A stretch of 64,000 nt of DNA. Source: Amoebidium appalachense. Lineage: Eukaryota; Protista; Ichthyosporea. The notes beneath the pieces were generated by a model that did not search any database, was not told where the DNA came from, and worked only from the letters and a program-made list of their open reading frames with translations. Each line of letters starts with the position of its first letter. The first letter of the stretch is position 1. Shown here one piece after another: positions 54,871-64,000 of this stretch. The position numbers and the translations under genes were made by a program. The stretch is taken from assembly GCA_963693365.1 (NCBI GenBank), contig CAVNZM010000004.1, positions 2,254,389 through 2,318,388 of the forward strand, written 5' to 3'.

Positions 54871-56669
54871 TCCCTCCCCCCCCCCCCCCCCCCTTTTACC
54901 CTTCCCACCCTCCCTCGAGTTAGTGTGCAAAGATTGTCAGAATATACAACAATAGTGCACGAGTTGGCATATGCATTGCGCACGCACGTGCACAGCACGA
55001 TTCTTCATTAGTTGCACATCTTTGGTTTACACAGGTTGCACGAGCACATAGCATACATCGTTAGGTACGATCGTTTATTTGTGCTTTATCTCCCTTTATT
55101 TCATAAGCATGTCCGGCATGCTCTTGTTTGCCCTCTGTTATTCATTAGGCACGTGTGGTATTCATAGTTTGTTTAGTTATTGGCGATAACGAGAGGAAAG
55201 CACACATCCGACGATTGTTGTGCATGCTTTTCATGTTTTCTGTGTAGTCGGGTGTTTTGTCTGCGGTTGGTCCGTATGAGGGGAATGCAGTTCAAATTTC
55301 CGTTCATGTACGTGTCGTTATATGATTGGTCAGATTTATAGTATTCATAGTATTTGCCAATCAGATGCGCAAATACCTTTGGATAGATCTGTATTCATGG
55401 AATCTGCCTGCGGCAGATAAATGGGTGAGAATCGAGCATAATAAATCAGACGTAGATTGACAGAACATGCAACTGTGTTTCTACCTCTCCACACTACCCT
55501 CTCTGTTAGTGCTGTAACATCGTGCATTGCCCAGCACCACTCTGCACGTGTTTATGTCTGTTAGTTTAGTGCCCTGATCACCCACGTATACTCTCATTCA
55601 TCTGCATGTGTGCCTAGGTACGTGTTAGTTGTTAGTGTGTACACTCTGCTAGTCAGGCGAGAATAGTAGGGACTTTTGCCGTAAGTCAGCACTTTTCTTG
55701 CACAGATGTCTATAGATCTGCGTACACCTTACCACCTACTACGGCTAGAGTGAATATGGCTCAGTGTCCCTTCTTTACTTCTCTGTTTTACTGTGAGTGA
55801 AGCTATTGGTTACTGTACAATTCATAGAAGTGCTCTGATTGGCCCTACTAGGTGTCGTTGCAATTAATAAATTACCCGAGTACATGCCACACCACCATGA
55901 GAGCCGACTAATATATTAGATTTAGCGATGTTTCTCATAAAGATGAATTTAGCCTATGATACATACGTGCACCGTAGTTGAGGTGGACCGCTGTGAGTAG
56001 GTTGGTTAAGAAATTCAATTAAAGCTGAAGCCTGAAGATGATGCGTGCCGGTTGCAAACAAAAAGTCCGGAGGGCGCGAATAATGTTTCAGTGGTTTCCG
56101 AATATGGAGTGGTGTAAAGACCGCAGAGAGCGGCCAACTCCCACAGTGACTCATTGTGCTTTTTTGTTGTCTAGACCATAACACCTCTGTCACTCTGCTT
56201 TCCCGTACATAACTTGAAAGTGACACAAAACAACACTCAGAGAAGAAAGCAGGCTCTTCGTGCAACTGCAACAGCATCAACCACGTGCAAGCTTTGGGTT
56301 GTAAGCACCTAACATACGGGACCTACATCCATGCACAATAATTATCGGGTCAATTGCCAGCTTCACAGTGTCTCAGTAGACCTCCCGACTCCCACGCGCC
56401 CCCCCCTCCCCCCTCCTTGCGGGCCTTCGGATCCCCTCCCTGCACACACATATATAGTCAACCCAATGCATTAATAGAGTTAGGTTCTCTATTTATGGCT
56501 TTTTTATCCAAACCTTAGATCATCCGCTCATGTCATCCCCATATTCCGCCTATTATCAGTTACTAAGTTATATCCACGATCAGTTCTGCCCATTGTATTA
56601 ATTAGGACCCCCTCCAGCTACCCCCCCTCCCCCTCCCCCCGTCCCCACCAACCGTTTCTTCTCATAGCC

Positions 56670-56834
56670 AACCCCATGCATTAACAGACTATAACTTTGA
56701 AATTTGAATGATGTTCAATGATTCCAATGTTTTAGATCTTTGGCTATCCCGTGCCGTGACAACGGCCCCTATGATCTTAAACTCAGCTACAAGGACGTGC
56801 CTGCACAAGCAGTGGTTACCAGTTCCTTGGTAAA

Positions 56835-56870
<36 letters not shown>

Positions 56871-57136
56871 CCCCGGTTCCCAGGCATGTTCCCCACACTC
56901 CCCCTCCCCCCCCCTTCCCCCGGTTCTCCAGAACCCCCCTTATCCTCGCCCCGTTCGTCAGGAACGCGCCCCCACCCCGTCCCCCCCTAATTCCTCCCAT
57001 AACTAACCAACCACATGCATAGATATGGTTAAAAAATGTAATTTAAATGATGTTCTATTCCAATCATTTAGATCTTTACAGTGTTCCTTCCAAATTCAGT
57101 TACAAGTATATGCCTGCACAAGCCTTATCGTTATCT

Positions 57137-57167
<31 letters not shown>

Positions 57168-57484
57168 ACCCCCATCGCCCTCCCAGGAACGCCTCCTGCC
57201 CTCCCCCCCCCCCCCTCCCCCTCCACCCCTCCCCCCCCCCCCCCCCTTCCCCCCCCCCCCCCCCCCCCCCCCCCCCATCGAGCTAACCACATGCATTAAT
57301 AGTAAGTTACTAGTAGCCATCATTAATGTTTTATTCCATTCAGATCTTATGAATCCTAAATTCAGTTACAAGTATGTACCTGCACAAGAAAATGTCACCA
57401 GTTTCTTAGTAAATACCCTTTTTTCCCCTCCCTTAGGAACCCACCCCCCCGCCACCCCCCACCCCTCTCTCGTTCCTCAGGAAC

Positions 57485-57515
<31 letters not shown>

Positions 57516-58781
57516 CCACCACCACCACCACCACCACCACCACCACCCCTCAGCCCCCCCCCCCCCCCGCCTCCCCTCTCCCTCCCCACTAGCCAATCTC
57601 ATGCATTACTGGAGTTAACTTTATAATATGCATGATGTTTGATTTCAATCATTTAGATGTTTAGCTATTCCACGCCCCTAGGTTCCTTCGAAATTCAGTA
57701 ACAAGATGTACCTGCACAACAATTGTTACCCCCTCCCTCCCCCCCCCCCGTTCCTCGAAACGTTCTCCCTCCCTCCTTCCCCCCTCCCCCCCCCTCCCCC
57801 CCCCCCCTCCCCCCTTTCCTCAGGAACACCCCCCTCTCTCCCTTCCCCCTCCCCCCTTCCCCCCCCCCCCCCCTCCTCAGGAGCGCCCCCATCCTTCCCT
57901 CCCCCCCCCCCCCCCCCCCCCCCCCCCCGTTCCTCAGGAACGTCCCCCTCTCTCCCTCCTCCATCCCTTCCCCCCCCCCCCCCCCCCCCTGTTCCTCAGG
58001 AACGCCCCCCTCCCCCCTCCTCCCCCCCCCCCCCCCCTTCCCCCCCCCCCCCCCCCCCCCCCCCCATCCCCTCAGGAATGCCCCTCCCCCCCCCCCTCCC
58101 CCCCCCCATATGGTTTACCACATGCATTAATAAAGTTATCTTTCTAATATGAATGATGTTTTATTCCAATCATTTAGATCTTTAGCTATTCCACGTAACT
58201 AGGTTCCTTCGAAATTCAGTTAAAAGATGTACCTGCACAAGCAATTGTTACCCCCCCTCCCCCCCCCCTCCCCATCCCCCCCCCCCCCCCCCCCCCCCCC
58301 GTTCCTCAGGAACACCCCGCCCCCCTCCCTCCCTGCCCCCTCGCCCCCTCCCTCCCCCCCCTTCCCCCCTCCCCCCCCCCCCCCCCCCCCCCGTTCCTCA
58401 GGAACGCCCCCCCCTCTCCCCCTCCTCCCTCCCTTCCCCCCCTCCCCCCCCCCCCCCCCCATATGGCTTACCACATACATTTCTGAAGTTAACTTTGTAA
58501 TATGAATGATGTTTTTTTTCCAACCATTCCACTTTAGCTATCCCACGTCCCTAGGTTCAAGTGACTTCGAAATTCAAATACAAGATGTACCTGCACAAGC
58601 AATTGTTACCCCCCTCCCTCCCTCCCCCCCCCCCCCCCCCCCCCCCCAAATCCTCAAGAACGGCCCCTCCTCCCCCCCCCCCCCCCACCCCCGTTTCCTC
58701 GGGAACGTCTCCCCCCAACCTCCCCCCCGTTCCCCAGGAACGCCCCCTCTGTCCCTCCTCCCTTCCTCCCCCCTCCCCCCC

Positions 58782-58800
<19 letters not shown>
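56670..58800. repeat. Tandem array of about 6 units (270-520 bp): AT-rich core plus poly-C spacer containing GTTCCTCAGGAAC palindromes
   Basis: The core ATGAATGATGTT..CCAATCATTTAGATC..AATTCAGTTACAAG..GTACCTGCACAAGC recurs near 56700, 57045, 57320, 57625, 58145 and 58500. Confidence 0.85.
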
Positions 58801-58812
<12 letters not shown>

Positions 58813-59321
58813 ATACACACGTGCCTGCCTCTGTACCTTGTGCTTCTCCATTGGCTAATCCAATCAGCGCCTCCACACCCGGCTGGTTCTTCCACCAGTT
58901 CATCGTCACGTGGGAGCTACCTCCAGCGCTTTGTATTCGACTCTGATGATTTTACATTCACTGTAATGCGAGTAATATTCCTGACATCACGATAATGATA
59001 GCTGAGAGCAAACATCGTTAAGCACAATGTCATCTGTGATGTGTGTTACCATGTGTCTTAGTGGAATTCAGTTTGTGTCTTTTCTTTCCGAGGCATCTCC
59101 TCCTTAGTTCTCAAAATGCTTTTCTTCCCTCCCATCCTTCCTTCATGGTGTGTTCACTAAATGACTCTTTCCTCCTCCCCCATCTTTGTGCTCAAAATGT
59201 CTTTCTTTTGCCTCAAAGTCTCTCTCGTCTTTTTGATTCATTATCTGGTCATTCCGTGTGACCCATTTCAGTGAGCGTGTGCTTATGGACCAGGACCTGC
59301 TGCCTTTCTTCTTCTTTAGTA

Positions 59322-59367
<46 letters not shown>

Positions 59368-59478
59368 GGCGCGCGCCCGCGCGGGGAGGGGGGGGGGGGG
59401 GGGGGAGGGGGGGAGGGAAGGGGGGCTGAGGGGGGAGGGGGAGGCGGAAGGCTATTGGGGGATGGGTGGGGGGGGAGG

Positions 59479-59513
<35 letters not shown>

Positions 59514-59824
59514 GGTGCAAGAATTCCCGGACTCATGGTACCAGTATCAGTGCAAAAATTCCCCGGTGCAAAAATTCCCTGTGACACCCCCCCCCCCCCC
59601 ATGGCAGTAAAAGCTTTATCCGCATATATACATTAGTGAAAGACAGGTTTAGGATACTTCACGTGTGCATGTGTGGCACTCAGTGGCAGTCAGTATCTTG
59701 AACACAAGAGTGGACAGAAATTGTGCACACTATACGTATACGGTACATAACCCGCCCTATGACCGAGGCGGCTGCCGTACGGATCTACGCTGAAATTCCT
59801 GATAATGAACAAGGGTGCGTACCT

Positions 59825-59888
59825 AGCCAATCAGAGCTGATGGCATCCAGGTGCGTGTTATGATTGGTGGATTTTAGAGCCAATGCGC
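59825..59888. promoter_or_regulatory. Cluster of three CCAAT boxes upstream of the CPWE-repeat gene
   Basis: AGCCAATCAG (59825), reverse GATTGG (about 59862), AGCCAATG (about 59878). Motif match only. Confidence 0.35.
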
Positions 59889-60345
59889 GGGCGACAATCA
59901 GGGATGGAAAATCATGGAAAAGGAAGGGAAAGTGGACCCTAATTGAAGTGGAGGTAGTGAGAAGAAAGTAGGAATAATTCATAATTCATTTTAATAATAG
60001 ATAGATTTTGGCTACCGAAGGCGAAACCTAAAAACATTAGCATGTGAGAAGAAAGAGTTGGCAGCAGACGTACCAGGTCGTTTTCGACTTCTTGGAGGCA
60101 TTCCAAAGAAAAATATCTAACCCTGCGGAATAATACCGCCACAGCAGTGCTGCAAAAGCTGTGAGCGAAGGTCTGAAGCTGCTATTTGTGCACCCTTTCT
60201 GCCTGTGTGCACGGGTCTGTACTCTGTGCATCACAAACTGTATTGTGCAGGTATTTTTTTCACCTCAAACCTGCCAGCTTCTAGGTCTCTTGGCGTAGAA
60301 TAGCGCATGTTTAGAAGGGTGCTATACACCGATCTGTGAGCGAAC

Positions 60346-61944
60346 ATGTCGACAAACGAGAAAGAAGTGTGTCCGTGGGAGGTCGCCGATCCATCCACGG
60401 CACGGGCCGGTGTAGTTCAGAAAACGGTCGTTATTTTAGGCAAAAACACAAAGGGAACCGAAGAGGATGTGTGTCCATGGGAGGAGGACGCCATTGCTCC
60501 CCTCCCTACAACTTCAACTGCGAACAATCACAAGGGCAGCATCCCGACGGGCAAACGTGTGAGCGGTGTTTCTCAGACCATGTCAGTGAAAGAGTTGGAA
60601 AACGTATGCCCGTGGGAGCTGCCGGAGACTAATCCCAAAAAGAGCCTAGTGACGGTAGAACATGCAATCATCGGTGCCGGGGCAGGATCGAACGATGATG
60701 TGTGCCCATGGGACGCATCTGGCAAAGCACTGCCCCAGTCAATGGGAAAACGCCCTAGTAATACCACCGCACCCACTACACGGAAGTCGATCGAGCCGCG
60801 CACATCTGTTCCCAAGGTTGTTGAGGAAGTAACACCATGGGAGCTGGAGGTGACCCCGAAGAAAAGTCTAGTGACTGTCGAAATAGTCACACTTGGAAAA
60901 CCCCTGAACAAGTCGGGAGATCAGATCTGTCCTTGGGACGATGGAAGTGCTCACGAACAGCGACCAAGTTCAGCAACGGTATCGCGGAAGTCTATCGAGC
61001 CACGAACGTCGGTGCCCAAAGAAGCAGAAGAGGTAACACCGTGGGAGGTGGAGATTATGCCCAAGCGCAGTGTGGTGACGGTGGAGCACGTCACACTGAT
61101 CCGAGATAAGGAGACACGGAACAGTGGGGATAATATTTGCCCCTGGGAGGCCCCAGGAACCACTACAGAGGACAGTTTCCCTCCGGCTAAAAAAACGAGC
61201 ACAGTGTCTGGGGGCAAAAAGGCAAGCCTTAAGGAGACAGAGGAGGTGACCCCATGGGAGCTGCCTAATGCCGTGTCCAAGAAGAGTGTAGTCACCGTAG
61301 AGATAGTCACTCTCGACCGCCACTCTTCCACCCCGGCCGGTCCTACGGACGCGCAGTGCCCCTGGGAAGCAGTTGAGCCTCAGCCGCTACGAGGTGCGAT
61401 GGGGAACTCATCAGCACAATCAGTTCCTTCTAGCCCAGCACCACAGACACGGAAGCAATCCGTACCGCAGACAGCGCACGCAAAGGTGGCCGCAGCGGCT
61501 GCAGCAGCGGCAGTGAAGAGGGGGTCAGTGACGTCGAACGGTGGAAACACACATGCACCGACAACGGGTAAGATGGAGGAGGTGACACCGTGGGAGATGG
61601 AGAGTGCGGTGCCAAAGAAGAGCCTCGTCACGGTCGAGATACAAGCATTAGGGTCACCCCAGTGTGGTTCGAGCGACAACATACAGTGTCCCTGGGAGGG
61701 AGTGGAGGGAGGGCAGAGGGGGAGTGTGTCCAGCCAGGGGGGCCCTCTTACACCCACAACACCAGGTAGCCCCTCTTTACCCCCACGTACCCACCGTGCT
61801 GGACCGGTTACGGAGGAGGAGTTACAGGAAAAGATTAGGTCAAAGTCGATTTTTGGAATCAAACCCAAAAACTCGTTTCGCACCACACGTCCGCCCAAGC
61901 GGGATTCCAGGCCAGAAATTAAAGGCCTCCCGGCTGCCAATTAG
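60346..61944 (+). CDS. Intronless 532-aa protein with six tandem (C/T)PWE-KKSLVTVE-CPW(E/D) modules
   Basis: Long open frame with no simple-sequence DNA. The repeats are conserved as protein while codons vary. Confidence 0.9.
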   Translation: MSTNEKEVCPWEVADPSTARAGVVQKTVVILGKNTKGTEEDVCPWEEDAIAPLPTTSTANNHKGSIPTGKRVSGVSQTMSVKELENVCPWELPETNPKKSLVTVEHAIIGAGAGSNDDVCPWDASGKALPQSMGKRPSNTTAPTTRKSIEPRTSVPKVVEEVTPWELEVTPKKSLVTVEIVTLGKPLNKSGDQICPWDDGSAHEQRPSSATVSRKSIEPRTSVPKEAEEVTPWEVEIMPKRSVVTVEHVTLIRDKETRNSGDNICPWEAPGTTTEDSFPPAKKTSTVSGGKKASLKETEEVTPWELPNAVSKKSVVTVEIVTLDRHSSTPAGPTDAQCPWEAVEPQPLRGAMGNSSAQSVPSSPAPQTRKQSVPQTAHAKVAAAAAAAAVKRGSVTSNGGNTHAPTTGKMEEVTPWEMESAVPKKSLVTVEIQALGSPQCGSSDNIQCPWEGVEGGQRGSVSSQGGPLTPTTPGSPSLPPRTHRAGPVTEEELQEKIRSKSIFGIKPKNSFRTTRPPKRDSRPEIKGLPAAN

Positions 61945-62883
61945 TAGGTTGAATGGATTTTTGTATAAGATTATAGCTCGTATTACGTGGCCTTTGGAAA
62001 CATGGTTTTCTTTTTCTGCTGTTTTTTGTTGCGGGGATCGGAATAGTGGACAGTAGTTTCAGTTGGGGGCAAGGGAGCCTACAAGTTTCAGTTGGGGGCA
62101 AGGGAGCCTACAAAACCACACTGTTCGTTGCATACCTGCATGTGGCATGTTATATCTATTTAAGCGCATACAAGATACACCTATGTCCATGCAAGTAGGA
62201 GCATATACACCATAAAAAAAAACACATTAACGAAAACGAGGCACACAGACGAGCCGTATACTTCTTCTACACATATTGACCCTTCGCGTTGAGTCAGCTC
62301 AGTTAAGTGCCTGGATAGCAAGCGTTTGATTTTACAGAATATTTAGAATGTATGTATTATATAGAAATTACGAGCCTACCCGAATGCCATACTCAGTTCA
62401 CTTAGTTTTTGACGGTCTATATTGTTTTTTTTCCAGAGCTTTGAGTTTAAGGCTTTGGGTGGGCCTGGAAATGGTGGATGATGGGAACGGCTGCTTTGTC
62501 ATTGCACGGAAAAAATATGCTTTCCGTTGTTGTAGAGCTCTGAAAACTTCTTATGCTGTCAATATATTAAATGATAACGTGTTAAAATAGATTCATTGAC
62601 ATCAGCATGCAAATTCACCAATGTACCTGAGCCTTCTACGACTTCACTGGAACATGCATAGGACACATCATGACGTTGAAGAAACGCTCACTTGTCCAGC
62701 CCAGAACTTGTTAAAGGGATACATACAGCAAACAGAAGAACAGCAAAGCCCTTGAATCCAGCGGAAACAGTATATTTTAGCACTGAAAAAGTTTGGCTGT
62801 GTGTGAGGCCTTTAGACATAGCCCCGGGGAGAGAGGGGTGGTCTGTGGACCTTGAAAACGAAGAAAAGGTGTGGTGCTCCCTA

Positions 62884-62893
62884 AGCCAATCAG
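62884..62893 (+). promoter_or_regulatory. Candidate CCAAT box upstream of HAAO
   Basis: AGCCAATCAG about 225 bp upstream of the ATG. Confidence 0.3.
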
Positions 62894-63109
62894 ATGAAAG
62901 CAATAGATCCGATTAGATCTTGAGGCTCTCAAGTCTCAACGTGGTGCCGCTCGAAGCCCAAAGAAAAGTCTGAACACTTTGTACCCTGTCGTCTGTTTAT
63001 GTATAAGTTTGAAATAGACTACATATACAGCCCCATCAATAGCTCGAATCCAATTTCTTCTGCTCAAAATACCCATTTTGCTTCTGTTGCTCACATTCCT
63101 TTTTTGAAC

Positions 63110-63682
63110 ATGGAGCCCACAATCAATCCCGTGTCCCACCCGCCACCCCTGTCCCTAGCAGGCTGGATAGCAGAAAACCAGCACTTACTCAGACCCCCAG
63201 TAGGCAACAAACTGCTGTATGGTGCGGGGAGTCAGGTAACATTTCTCTGCTCTATCCATTTACCATCTTTGCTACAAGCCTTTTATTTCCCACCTCCCCA
63301 CCTTCCTCCCCCCCTCTCCCCCCCTCCCCCCCCCCCCCCCCCCCCCCTCCCCCCCCCCCCTCTCCCCCCTTCCCCCCTTCCCCTCCACCCCGCCACGGAC
63401 ACCTCCATCTCGACCTCCCCCTTTCCCCTACTCACCCGCCCCCACCCCAGCCGCGAAGTTACACATTAGTGAATCCCCTCTCTCTCGCAATACTTTTTCC
63501 ATCTTCCCTCTAGCTACCATAACGTGGAATGAAGGATGTGCATAAGTGATGCTTTTGGGACAGGCATATGGCTTCTGTCATGGTGAGTTGGGGGAGGAGT
63601 GTAACATGGGTGGGTGCAGTTCAAGCTGATGGTGGTTGGTGGGCCAAACGCAAGGGCGGACTATCACATAGAGGATGGGGAG
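63110..63682 (+). CDS. HAAO: 3-hydroxyanthranilate 3,4-dioxygenase, exons 1-2 (63110-63235, 63620-63682); continues beyond the window
   Basis: LSLAGWIAENQHLLRPPVGNKLLYGAGSQ / FKLMVVGGPNARADYHIEDGE is the typical HAAO/BNA1 N-terminus, with in-phase GT-AG sites. Confidence 0.93.
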
Positions 63683-64000
63683 GTAAGAGGCACCCTGTCC
63701 TCGTCAATCAAGACTATGTATGTTTAATGTTGTGTTGCACGTGCAGCACTTGCGAGGTTGTGGGAGTCACATGTGGCACGGGCGGTATTTGTGTGTTGTG
63801 AAACATATATTGAAAATGTGTGCCTGTTGACAATGTTCCCGTATCAAATACAAGAATTGGTTAACGTGTTCTGTTCTCACACAAAAGTGTACGTAGTGGT
63901 GCACTTGTCTGAAAAGGCGGCCACAAAGATACGTGCTATATACACATGTGCGTATACGGCAATGCATGTGTAATTGCACCTGCAAAAACATCCACATTCA

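Larger units (their letters stand above)
53281..59585. mobile_element. Putative non-autonomous TIR DNA transposon, about 6.3 kb
   Basis: 53281-53352 and 59514-59585 are 72-bp inverted repeats with 4 mismatches, each holding three GGGAATTTTTGCAC-type subrepeats. The inverted symmetry continues inward as poly-C+(CA)n versus (GT)n+poly-G. No transposase ORF or clear TSD. Confidence 0.75.

Noticed and set aside
56700-58600. C/D snoRNA array in the satellite cores
   Set aside because: ATGATGT is not a proper C box and no D box (CTGA) is consistently placed.
60573-61940. Long antisense ORFs over the CPWE gene
   Set aside because: Shadow frames of the + strand coding repeat.

Overview
Intron-rich eukaryotic DNA full of poly-C/poly-G tracts and CA/CT microsatellites, probably from a unicellular opisthokont (inferred from gene content). 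Most short ORFs in the track are repeat artefacts. Six protein genes lie on the + strand: the 3' part of a myosin-V-like coiled-coil/DIL-domain gene, cyclin H, an intronless BTG/Tob gene, a roughly 47-exon CAD/URA2-like gene whose dihydroorotase domain has lost its catalytic residues, an intronless 532-aa protein of six paired (C/T)PW(E/D) modules resembling G-alpha-binding VCPWE motifs, and the start of 3-hydroxyanthranilate 3,4-dioxygenase. The CAD introns hold 12 box H/ACA snoRNA copies in two amplified families, often several per intron: eight SNORA8/snR31-like copies and four copies of a second guide. There is also a roughly 6.3 kb TIR element with an internal satellite, a dispersed intronic repeat flanked by poly-C, and pseudogene relics. 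All homology calls come from recognising motifs by eye; no searches were run.
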